From NCBI GenBank assembly GCA_951406725.2, contig OX597814.1, positions 121,024,001 to 121,088,000 on the forward strand: 64,000 nucleotides of DNA. Direction: 5' to 3'. The notes under the pieces were generated by a model. The model did not search any database, was not told where the DNA came from, and saw only the letters and a list, made by a program, of their open reading frames with translations. The translations under genes and the position numbers were made by a program. The DNA comes from Octopus vulgaris. Its lineage: Eukaryota. Below, one piece after another: positions 10,070 to 22,640 of this stretch. Each line of letters starts with the position of its first letter. Positions within the stretch are counted from its first letter, which is position 1.

Positions 10070-12150
10070 CTCAAAATTTCCATCAGGGATTCAATAAATT
10101 TGTTGTCTGCTTGTTCTTCGGGTATATTAAGGAAAATTTGTATAAATAAATTCTCGTTTGAAGCCCCTTTCTATATCTCCAGGTTGAGTTATGTATGTTG
10201 TACTATGAACCTGTGCCTTGGCCTTTTAGATGGTACAACCAGGGTCTGTGCAATTATATTTCGGGCTGTCATCTCTCATCATAACCATTAGGCTTGCTTG
10301 AGTCACTGCACCAGCATTGTGCAGTTTAACCCCATGGTGACGTTATTTTTTTTATCAGGCCATTCGGTTGCACTGATGTCACTCAGCAATTAATGCAAGA
10401 AAATGGTTCGGCGTATATGTACGTGGACCGCTGTAAATCATGCACAGTTTTTTTAATATAAACTGTCATCACTGGGAGGACCATAAATTTAACGAAACTG
10501 GCCTAGCTGGATGCGACTGTAAATCCCATGAAGGACCACAAGATTTTGCTGAACCTTTACAAATTTGGTAGCAAACCTTAGTGGAAATGGTGGTGTAACA
10601 GCCAAATCTATTGCTTTTATATTATTATGGCGATGAAGTTTCGATCTGTGGTTATGAGGAAGCGCTGGGAGGTACGTGGTGGATAATAGGTTGCGGTCTA
10701 AAAATGCATTGGCGCCTCTGATGTAAATCTTCTATACCCAGTTAAACGGGCATATAATAGAGAAAGACATTCTCAGAGGTAATATGTTACAGTGAGGTAA
10801 TAGTGAGAAATATTTACATGAAGATTCTAACAAACCTATCGAATTCCTTGAAATTTGCACGGTGGCCTCTGTTATCGATTGCATGAGTGATGGCGGATAT
10901 TTATATCAATGGTACACAAATAAGTAGAAAACCGCAGCAGATAGGGCTGCGTATATTATCATCATCGGATTCAAAGCGACTAAACAACTCGCGTAAATTT
11001 ACGTCAACCGATGTTAAGGGGTTAATGGACGCGGCAAAATTTTCTGCTAAAATAGCTAACATTCAGAGATCTTCCTTTGAATATTCTATAATACTTGCAG
11101 TGCCTGGGGAAAATGTCATGATAATAAATTCTAAACATCATCTAGCTAGATTAGTCTTAACGCCTTTTAATTTTGACGAGTTGAACTCCAAAGCAAATCT
11201 AGTTCCAGTTTTCTTTTTTTTTTGAGAACTTTTGCTGTTATCTACACTACCAACATATGGAAGATATGCTCTGGAAATCCTCTGTTACAGAGTATGCCAT
11301 TATATTAAGAAGAGATATTGTTAAAAGCCATATCATTACTAACCATGTATTTTAGTATGAAGGATGGATATGTGAAAGCATCATTAGCATATAATAGCTT
11401 TCCGTTATGTTTACTATAAAGCCTGACGGTTACAGAAAGCAGATCAAATTTCATATCTAATATTCATGCCAAAGGTTGCTTTGAAATTCATACGCTGGAT
11501 GAATAAAATATGATACTTTTTAAGGCTCTTGAGATAATGCACATTGATTTTTCCATTGATGATAAGGTTGTCATCCTTGTATAGACCGGCTTCTGCAAAA
11601 AGGGGATTCTGTATGCGAACAATATAGGTAGGTATCGGCCTTGGCAAAAAATATGTGACTATTGGTGACTCAGACATTGGATTTTGTTACTGAAGTGTAA
11701 ATGTCCACGCTCTAAAATTGAGTATACTTTCAGTTTTATTTAGAATTCCTTTTTCTTTAACCAGTCTATAACAGACTTGTTATTAGTCTATCATGGGAGA
11801 TTTACTACGTTTTTATTCCTAAGGAAAATGGAATCTAAGTTATTTCTATACTAATTTCTAATTAACTTTTAGATTGGTTAATAAGCAACTAAAGTCAGCT
11901 TTGTTCTCCTTAAGACTAATAAAAGTTTTTTGCGGTGGAATTTACCCTCCTGTATCGCGAGAAATTCGGTTAGTAAGGATTATTTTTCCTTCTAGATTCC
12001 CCTCGTTATATAAAACACTTATCCGTATCCTTAATATTGTTAGAGAGGAACCAGATATAAAGGCATCACTATACACGATTTTTATCTTGCCCGAAGGTAC
12101 AGCTATTTTGTTAGTGTTTAGCATGAAATTAGGCTTTCCTTGAGTGTTCT
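10070..12150 (-). mobile_element. Highly degenerate Penelope-like element, probably Naiad-type
   Basis: Minus-strand remnants: FISLKENKADF...INQSKS (cf. FITLKDHK..F...LINPAKS), GLYKDDNL (cf. GLYRDDGL), YSKHNGKLLY, and GIY-YIG-like remnants near 10100-10250. Confidence 0.55.
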
Positions 12151-13484
12151 TCGCTTACTGGAGGCAAAAAGCAATTCGGTTGTTGAGTTAAGTTGAAGTG
12201 TACGAGTACGTTGTGGCGACGATGTCACGATAAAAATATTTATTGTTTTCCAGGACACACACATTACGATATCAGAAGCCACGATATCACTGTTCCCGCT
12301 TGGTCAGCAAGGATCATGATATATAATTCTAAACTCTTGGCTTTTACACATTAATCAATAACGATCTATATGTGTAATATAGTTTATAAAGCAAAAGTAG
12401 AGAAAATGAAAATTATTTCCTTTATTCAGTATCCAAACTTGTTTTCAATTAAAACGAGTTAGATTCAATTTTGTTTCCACTCTGTGTAAGAGCTATATAA
12501 AATCTTGCAATAACTGTGGAAGCACGTTAATTTGGTTGCTATCAAAGTAAATCATTATTAATATTTGAACTGGAAGCAATAGATAAGGCAACTGAGTCAC
12601 TTGATTATATATATATATATATATATATATATGAAGACGAAGGGGAAGGAGACAAAGCGAGAGAAGACATCTATGAAGTATTCGATGATGAGATGACTAT
12701 AGTATGACAGAGAAATGGAAGGTATTTAGAGAAAGATATAGGAGGTTATTTATAGAGAAGTAGAACGGTGTCTGGAGAGGTGAATATGAATAGAAAATTC
12801 ATGTCTGAAGATATGAAAATGTTATCTATAAACTTGAATCCCACTCAATAGAACATTAGTCATTTTAAAAGAGTATGTATACAAGGAATCGACATTTATG
12901 TGTTACATGTGATGTTTGATGCGAGTCTATATCTTTAACTTTGGAATTGTTGATTCTCAGAACAGATTCTCAATCGATTTTTACAAAAGCATTATCTTTG
13001 AAAGCTTATATTCTATGCTTGACAGACGGTTGCAAAGATTATCCATTCTCTGATATTGACCGACTGAAGTGAGTGCTGTGTGAATATGGAATAAACAATA
13101 TAGTGATATTACAATATAATAAGTAGATCGTAGCACTGGCTCCTTTCTAAATTTCTTATAGATGTGATTATCAATTTTAAGAAAGAATCATATTATTAGC
13201 CTCTCTATTCGAGAGCGATGATTATAGTGAGAATGGGAAGGGAACCTACAAATTTATATTGTCGGAATATATCGAATATTTGAAGCGTTTAGGCGACTGA
13301 TAGTATGAGACTGAATGCGATGCCAATCCGTCGCCGCTTAAATTATCACCTTTCCCTGGTGAACATTTTCATGTGAGTGATTTGGAGCAATTTGAAATGA
13401 AGTCCATTGCTTAAGAACAGATTGCGTCACTTGGTCCGAGAAGGGAATTCTATACGCACATATCTACCTACATGCATACATAGA

Positions 13485-13553
<69 letters not shown>

Positions 13554-13556
<3 letters not shown>

Positions 13557-13752
13557 AGAGTAAGTACATTAATGCGAAACAAGGGGGAAGAAAATAGTCC
13601 TCGAATACCGGAGGTAGAGGAATATGCTTTATTAATAAAGCGGCAAAGGCATCACAAAAAATATTATCAGAGTTTCACGTTCGTTGGACAATTTTGGTTT
13701 TTCTTAACCAAAACTGTCCGACGACCGGGAATGTGAAACTCTGAGTAACAGT
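13554..13752. mobile_element. PLE terminal fragment with short inverted duplication of its hammerhead
   Basis: CAGAGTTTCACGTTC...GGACAATTTTGGTT is inverted against AACCAAAACTGTCC...GAATGTGAAACTCTG. Sits between (TA)n and (GATA)n. Confidence 0.6.
13713..13752 (+). ncRNA. Minimal type I hammerhead, U4C core variant, weak stem II
   Basis: ACTGT-CCGACGA-CCG GGAA TGT-GAAAC TCTGA GTA^ACAGT. Confidence 0.55.
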
Positions 13753-13757
13753 CTTTG

Positions 13758-13923
<166 letters not shown>

Positions 13924-15668
13924 TAATGTCATTCTAATACTTGCATTTATAATTTATTTAATAGTCCTTAAATTAGAACCATAAGCTATAAGGTGCTTTG
14001 CGCAAATCATTATTTATTGTGGCTGTTTAATAGTAAATGTTTTTGCTCACCTATGGAAGAAGGCCGTTACTAGTATTGCGTATCTGATGCGATCCAAAAC
14101 TAACAATACCGTTTTGGGATAATAAACTATTATGTATGGAAGTATTTCGATGGATGACTGAAACCCTTAACGCCTCGTAGTTGTACGAGGAAAGTATATT
14201 ACATTGAACATAATATTCGTTTACGCTGAATATTTTTCAGTTAATGCTTTCGACTTTCAATAGAAAGATCACGAATTCCAATTTTTAATGTCTCATTCTG
14301 ATGATAACACCATTCACCATAAAAAAAATTATGTAACACATAGAAATATTCTATATAAGTTTCCATTGTATCTCATTAAATAACAGAAAATTTTAAAATT
14401 CAAAACGTGGAAATTAACTTAAATCATATCAGATAATTTGTGTATTTTAGAGAAAACTTTGCAGTGAAATGACAACAATGGATGTGAAAATAATCACTAT
14501 TTTTCTTCATGGTTAGATAAGCATTTAACGGCTCTGCGTTAACCATTTGACCATAAAACAAGCCAATATCTTTTCGTGATTAATAATCGCCGTAGTTAAT
14601 GATGATAGGCCGGGTTGCATACAATGGCTTCTATATTTTAACTGTATTGTTTATTGAGAGATTTCTGAGATTTCTGGTCTCTAACAGTGGCTCGATGTAA
14701 TTCTAAAGAATAATAATTTACATTTAACAGCATTCTAAAAACTGTCTGTGTGTGCAGAGACACACAGACACACACGAACACACGCAACTTGAGATTAATT
14801 ATTTGCTTTTTAATAACCTCCCAGGTTAGTAATATAATATTGTCTGCTCAGGTGAGATCGGCTATAATTCAGATGGTGTGGAATATATTTTAGTTAATGT
14901 GCCGATATATGTCACTTAGAGTTAATGTATTTACTTCTCTTTTCACTTCATTCTCTAGCAATTACACGAATAAAATTTCAACCACAAAATATACCGATTT
15001 CAAGTTATTATGTTCCTCGTTTTACAATAGAAATATGAAATTTTTCTGACTAGTTACACATGAACCAACCTTTATTACTGACCTTAATTAATTTGTAATT
15101 TCGACAAAAAACGAAATGAAACAATTTAAAAGAATCACGTGTAAAATAGAACTGACACAGGTCATCTAATTATAAATTTATCGACCGTTTCGCAACTTAA
15201 TTAATCCCTATATTTTGCTTTCTATCCAGAAACGGAAGTTCTAAGTGAATCTTTTAATTTAGTTTTACTCGAAGCTTTAATTACAAAAATAATAGTTTTG
15301 TGTAATTACATGTCAGTTCATTCTTACCTTTGTGCAATGATATGAAATAATTTTCTGAGAGAAATTCCGCATAGTTTTCAGTGTTTAGTTAGACGTCGCT
15401 CTGACGTTACTGGTACAGGGTGTGGCAGCTCTTACAGTAAATATCGCTCGTAAAATAGTATTTTCAAAATACCGCACAATTTCTTTTTGTTCTTATTAAT
15501 GAAATGTAATCAGCGTGAAGCGACATAGCATGATTAACTCTCTTTGATGTGTAACTACGTTTAATGTCGGCATATCGATTAATTAAATAACACTACGTAT
15601 ACGTTTAAACACACACACACACATACACACATATATATATACATACATACATACATACATATATAAAC

Positions 15669-15700
<32 letters not shown>

Positions 15701-15875
15701 GTATGTACATATATATATGTATATATATATACATACATATATACATATATATAACGAGAGAGAAAGAGAGTGACTTTACGTAAAACGAATTCGTGTAATG
15801 AACACTATGAGTAAAAATATAAACGTCCTCCGTAAATGATGAATTGCCCATATGCCTGTTGTATATATATATATA

Positions 15876-15954
<79 letters not shown>

Positions 15955-15957
<3 letters not shown>

Positions 15958-16031
15958 TTGATACTTTGATACTTTGATAGGTTTCGGCCAGTATTGGCCC
16001 AGGCCATGTCTAACTTAATAGCACCACCTGG
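15955..16031 (-). mobile_element. Extreme 3' end of the CR1-like LINE family with (ATCAAAGT)n tail
   Basis: Matches positions 1-33, followed on the minus strand by three copies of ATCAAAGT. Embedded in (TA)n. Confidence 0.7.
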
Positions 16032-16119
<88 letters not shown>

Positions 16120-18909
16120 AATATGTGTGTGTTTGTCTGTGTGTATCTCTGTGTGTTTGTCTGTGCGTGCCTGTGGGTGTATGTCTGTAGCTATATATAT
16201 TATGCGGAAATAAATTATATATGAGTATAATCCTTGTTAAGATGTATTTAATTTCATGTTGCATCTATTAATACAGTAAATTTGTAGATTTCTCATATTT
16301 ATATACTTCTAACTACTAACAACTGCTATTTAATTTGATGCAGTATATAACTGTCTGAAAAGGAACAACCGATGCTCATTCGTAGTATGATGGACGGTCT
16401 CATGTAAATGCGTATGTGTATTTAAATGCTTATGTATCTGAAGCGTAAATGAATATATGTATATGTTTGAATGCATTTGATTTTTCTATATGTTGTGATT
16501 TTCATTTCTGTTTTCGTGAGCAACACGTCAGGAGTCATTTTCTTACTCAGAAACACGACACGCTTTTATTCATTTAATTGGCCACAAGAAAGGGATAAAC
16601 ACAGAAAGGGAGCTGCGGGCTGGACATACACATAATGATATGAATGATAAATGAAATGGAGAAAAATAAGGGCAACAAGTAACGCCCGCCGATTGCTGCA
16701 TACCACAGCACATTGTTCTTTTATAAAACATTTTGAGACAACAAACCTTTTGCAAAAACACACTAAGGAGGCAATAGACTTCTTACATCGACTACATACG
16801 AAGCCATTTTGAGGCAATGAACCTCTTACTCAAGTCCCTTTAGGTATCAAAAATACAATCTTTTTGCCCGAACATAACACTCTCATCGGAATTTCGGTTT
16901 CATTTAAGCGTACCCATATATAGATAGGGGTGTGATTGAACTCGCATTCATGAACTATGTGCATATCTGATTACTATGTATGTATGTATATAGGTTTTAT
17001 TTATATTTACCTGAATGCATGTATATGTACTTATGACTTTGAAGTCCAACATATTCAAACGGAATCACTTAGAAAATTTTCACAACGCTTCTAATTAATT
17101 GATACTGAAGTTACTTTTCATTTTGTCTTAAAATTTCTTGAAGAGCCCTATCATTTCTAGATTTGTATGAAAATATTTAGTTACATGAGCCAGTGCTCCG
17201 TTTAAAATAAATACGAATGAAAATATATAGCACAGTTAAATTTTTAATTAAGTTTCCCAAAGATTTACTTTCCCTCAATTTTTGACTTTCATATCTACTG
17301 ACCACTAAATGATTTCAAGAATTTTGTTCTTTCTCACATAAATCAATATCTGGGCTTTTGAATTTATTGCTAGAATTTTCTATCTGCATTCTTAAATTCC
17401 GGAGATAATTGTAGTGCGCCTTTTCTATAGTTATCCAGTCTTCTTTAAAAATCTGGCATTTTCTGATACAACGTCGAGGATAAGGGACATCTTTATTTGT
17501 ATTGTTGATTAGGTCACCGTAACTAACTTCATTATCTGGAGGGCAAAGACGTAGCTTTGTAGATATGATGTTATATAAATGTCACAGTTCCAGAAGAGAT
17601 ATAACTTGCAGAAAATCTTTTTTTCTAGCTTCAGAGATCTCAAAACATTCATAAATTTCTTCTGCTATGATGAGAGTTTCTTAACTAAATTTGCATTTAT
17701 ATAGTTAGCCTTACTACCATTCGTTCATATGGAACAGCAGTGCATATATTGTATATATTCAGGAGTACTACATATAGTCTCACTTTTTATTGTCCCTATA
17801 GAGCACACTCGCGTTGTACCCTTTTCCCTCTTTACTGTACGAATGTATTTTATAACCCTCCATATTTCGGGTTTTATCTTCTGCTGCAGATTTCATGCCT
17901 ATGATAAAAAAAAAAGAACTGTGACAAATCTCCTTATTAAAATGCTTATGTTTACATGTAAAAGTGTTTGTGTAGACAAATCATTGTATATGTGAATTTG
18001 TATATTGAGAAATAATTGTGTATAATACACATCTGTCTGTTTGTTTATGCGTTTATGCTCACAGAAATGGTTGAATACCTTGAATGTTTCACGGATAGTT
18101 CGACAAACAGTAATGAATTTTAATTCTCTAACTACTCGTTACCTTCCTATTTAATAAAACACAGCGTCGAATGCTTAAGACAGCGAAATAAATAATGACC
18201 AAAATAATCGCGTTTTAAAATTTAATGTTATACACCAAATGTGTTTTGATTTTCCAAAGTTGATTATACATATTTTCTTTCCCTTAATCTCTATACTTCA
18301 TTTAGCGACAGATATAAACTTTATATTGCATTCTCAGGCACATATTTTTTCCACGCTTCTATATGTATGTGTCTGCGGTATTTCCTGTTTTTATTTTACA
18401 TAAACATTATTAGAACATTTCAACCAATTATGTCATATGGATTAGCATATATTCTAATCAGTGGAACTAATTATAACTTCATGAATATTCATATTCCGTA
18501 TAAAAATATGTAATGTGATGATTAATATATAATGTCTCGTGATATATCATGTCGTGATGACATTTTCAAGCAGCTGCTTATGACATAAGTTACATCTTCG
18601 TTCTTAAGTTTACAAACATCTAATTATTCTGGTAATTTAGCAATAGCCACTCTTAGATAATTTACATGATACACACAATTTACGACAAAATTAATAAGGT
18701 AAATCGAACATTTAGCTGTCAGCTCCTTTTCGAGCTTTGCAAAATCCTAGAATTTAAATTGAGAACTAATTGTGTGTTTATTTAGCCAAGATAAACTAAT
18801 ATTTTTAGTTATATTACAATCAATGTAATATTTGTGTCATAAAATAATGATGATAAGCTGAAGGCAATTTATCAAATGGTATGATATATGCATGCCAATG
18901 TGTGCTTTG

Positions 18910-18944
<35 letters not shown>

Positions 18945-19245
18945 TTATACCTTTTTGATAGGGCGTTCTGTATATATCTGTAATTTTAAATTCGCATATA
19001 TATTTTTACCTTCTGAGCTTTTTTATATATGTATACTTTATATGTTTAAGAACTATGGTGATATTTGTACATGATCAAATGTTTGGAAGTATGGTGTTAT
19101 ATATAAAGTCGTTGACTCGAATATGATGTTAGTTCTATGATCAATGTTTCTTTATCTCTGTCTCAATTACATTTGGGCACTACTTTTTTTGCAGTCCTAT
19201 AAACACTTTTCTTTCCATAAAAAGAGACAAAACTGATTCCTTGCC

Positions 19246-19283
<38 letters not shown>

Positions 19284-19288
<5 letters not shown>

Positions 19289-19358
19289 TTAGATAAAACT
19301 TAGATATGTTTCGACCAGAGATTGGTCCAGGCCATGTCTAACTTAATAGCACCACCTG
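19284..19358 (-). mobile_element. Extreme 3' end of the CR1-like LINE family with (ATCTAAGTTTT)n tail
   Basis: Same TCCAGGCCATGTCTAACTTAATAGCACCACCTG motif, embedded in (TA)n. Confidence 0.7.
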
Positions 19359-19392
<34 letters not shown>

Positions 19393-19397
<5 letters not shown>

Positions 19398-19550
19398 GGA
19401 TAACAACAATGACCAGAAAGAAACGACGATGCGAGGACGTGGTACATGCAGAGTATTAGCAGACGGTCAGGGAATGAGAGAAAGGTAGCTTTACGTTTTG
19501 ATCAAATCACATCGTCAGAGAAAAGAAACGTAGGAAAGCAATCACCAACC
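19393..19550 (-). mobile_element. PLE 3'-end remnant with decayed hammerhead
   Basis: Minus strand reads CTGACGA...TC AAAACGTA (GAAAC mutated). Abuts (TA)n. Confidence 0.4.
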
Positions 19551-20169
19551 ATATATATATATATCCTTTGATAAACTAGGACTTAAATTAACTCTCACCA
19601 CTAATACAACGTTTACTTATTTTCTAAACGTCGCAAGTAGAACCCAAAGAGAGCTATAGGCTGCTCATTTTCACCATTATGCGTTTGCATAAACAACATT
19701 TACTAACATTGGTAGCTGTATCGCTACCATGGAAGATTAATATATTAGCAAACCACGGAAATGTAACGCAGCAAAATAATGGGTGTAGAGTTAAAAATTT
19801 ATTAAACCAACACCTAAACTACTGTTACCAAATGAAACCAAATCTATGACAGAAACACTATCTGATAAACTAATTTCCCTTGCTTCACAACGAAATCTAA
19901 TATTCCTCAAAATTTCCTAAATCTTATCCACAACATTTTTCACTCAGTGCGCAAATATAAAATATTCGCAGTCAGAGCATAACTAATATGCCGATGATCT
20001 CCGCTGTTATTAGTCGACTCGATTCACTCAGTAAGAGTACCAAACAATTTAGTAACCCAAAGCGTCCACAGATCCATGTATTAACCAGTCATTCTAAATT
20101 CATGCGAAGTAAACCGACAAAAATATATATAAAAAAAGAAATGGTTGTGCTCCTCGGTAAATTTGAGCA

Positions 20170-20490
20170 AATCTGATCACGCTAGATTATTTGAGGGGAT
20201 CCAAAAACAGGTTCAGGGACCATCTTAAGTTTTTTCACAAATCTTACAACATTCAACCGGCACTTTTCTCGGAACCGGCCAAACTGGCCACCACTACGCG
20301 AAGTACCTGCACACTTGGAACTAGTCCGATGCACCACCAGCATAATGAGTAACTTGCCTTGTCACCTGTGTTCAAGGGCATGGTATGCCAGGATCGAACT
20401 GTTTACACATCTATCATCTCACAAAATGTAGGCTAAGACTCCTAGTGGACAACATCATCACCGACCTAGATGGACAGCTATAAATAAGCA
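20170..20490 (+). mobile_element. RTE-clade LINE 3' fragment
   Basis: GDPKNRFRDHLK and CHLCSRAWYARIELFTHLSSH match the RTE C-terminal GRPxKRFKD and CxxCxR...GLxSH motifs. Confidence 0.65.
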
Positions 20491-21366
20491 AACAACTCTC
20501 ATCCGTTGTACATCTCACTCCTTATTTTCATACTCAAATTACTTCCTCCTTTATCAATATTACTCGGAATAACACCGTTTCATAATATCTGAATAGAAAA
20601 GTAATCGTATTTATATCGAATTCTAAGATACATATGAAATTTCTCATTAGCGAAAATAAACCTGAATGTTTTGGTAAAAGTATATCACAGCTTAAAGGAA
20701 AGTATATCCTCATAAAACTGATCATTGAAATATTTTCGTGCTAGCTAGTTGAATGTATTTTTGGAAACCATTTGCATAAATCAGATTTCATTATATAGCA
20801 ATAAATTGACGGGATTTTAGGAGAACGCTAATAGCTTGTCTCTCTTGATAACTTCTCTAACATTAAGATACGTTCACTGATTTCGTGGGTTTTGATATTA
20901 TGTTTCTAAATTGAAGTTTTGCTGTCAAACCTAATTATTACAGATATCAATAGTCGTGTGGATACTGCCTTGTTTGATATCATAAAACCACTTTCTTTTT
21001 TGTTAGTTTCTGGCATGTTATATTCGATAGATTATACTGAGGAATGGTAAATGTTTAGATAGGTCATTTCTATTCATATTCAGACATCAGGAGACGTACT
21101 ATGCAAATCACTACGTCATTAAAATTTATAATGATTACTTTTAGGAACCTAACCTGTTTTTATCTCCGAGAACTACATAGTAATTAGTACGTTCATCACA
21201 ACTGTTTCATTCTATAAATAACGTGAACAGTACAGTTATTTGGTATATTGCTATATTTTTTACGAAGAATGGCGTTTAAAGGATTATGAACACAGAAAAT
21301 ATGAGAAAATGATGAACGGTAGAACATGTTGATGATAAGAGGAAGAGGACGGGTAGCGAAGGAATG

Positions 21367-21408
21367 TAATAATAATAATAATAATAAGGAAGAAGAGGAA
21401 GAAGAAGA

Positions 21409-21455
<47 letters not shown>

Positions 21456-21486
21456 CAGCAGCAGCAGCAGCAGCAACAGCAGTAGC

Positions 21487-21532
<46 letters not shown>

Positions 21533-21625
21533 AAAGAAGAAGAAGAAGAAGAAGAAGAAGAAGAAGAAGAAGAAGAAGAAGAAGAAGAAGAAGAAGAAGA
21601 AGAAGAAGAAGAAGAAGAAGAAGAA
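21367..21625. repeat. Compound (TAA)/(GAA)/(GTA)/(GCA) trinucleotide microsatellite
   Basis: Seen directly. Confidence 0.97.
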
Positions 21626-21854
21626 AAAAAGAAAGAAGCATTTCCACATTAGGCAAATGATCTGAAATTTAGTCGAGAGCGCTAAACGATTCCATCGACT
21701 TCAGTGCTCGACAACTACTTATTAATCCTTTCATGGATCCAGAGAGAAAGGTAAGGCTAAGTCGAACTCAGTGGAATTCGAAACCAGACCTTAATCATGA
21801 GCGAAATGCAACTGACAAATTTATCCGGCCCGCTAATCAATTTGCCATCTTGGA

Positions 21855-21927
21855 ACAATAACAATAACAAAAATATATTAATAATAATATTATTAATAAT
21901 AACAACAACAAGAACAACAAAAATAAC

Positions 21928-21995
<68 letters not shown>

Positions 21996-21999
21996 CAAC

Positions 22000-22097
<98 letters not shown>

Positions 22098-22107
22098 TAA
22101 TAATAAT
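21855..22107. repeat. (TAA)n microsatellite
   Basis: Seen directly. Confidence 0.97.
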
Positions 22108-22640
22108 ACTTAAGTCGAAATTAAACGGACGGAATAAGATTGAAGCTATCAACACCTATCAACGCATGGACAGTAAACGAACTAAACAGCTTAGACAGAA
22201 AGACAAGGAAGTTGCTAACTAGATATGGGTTACTTCATCCAAAAAGTGACAAAGAGAGACAGTATGTACGAAGAAAAAGAGGGGGAAGAGGACTTACTGG
22301 ATGCGAACACATCATTAGAGCAGAAGAAAACAAAATAGCACTGTATGTAAAAGATGCTACAGAATCGCTATTATTAGAAGTAAGAATGTCAGGCTTGTAT
22401 AGGTTGAATGATTGCGAAGATAACGCTCTATACAGTCAATTGAAAAAGAATGAAACTGAAAATAGGTGGGTAAAGAAAAGAATGCAAGGACAATTTCATA
22501 GGGATTTTGAAGATAACACAGACAGATGAAAAACATGTCTGTGGATAACTAAAAATGATTTAAAACCGGAAACGGAGGCTCTAATCTGTGCTGCCCAAGA
22601 GCAAGTGTTAAGAACAAACTACATAAGATATAGAATTTTA
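22108..22640 (+). mobile_element. Dong/R4-clade LINE fragment
   Basis: LKSKLNGRNKIEAINT and LDRKTRKLLT...HPKSD..R.YV.RK.GGRGL. Begins at (TAA)n. Confidence 0.85.

Noticed and set aside
16540-16920. Possible piggyBac-type Cys-rich remnant
   Set aside because: Only a CxxC-like match, with no convincing TIR or TTAA pair.
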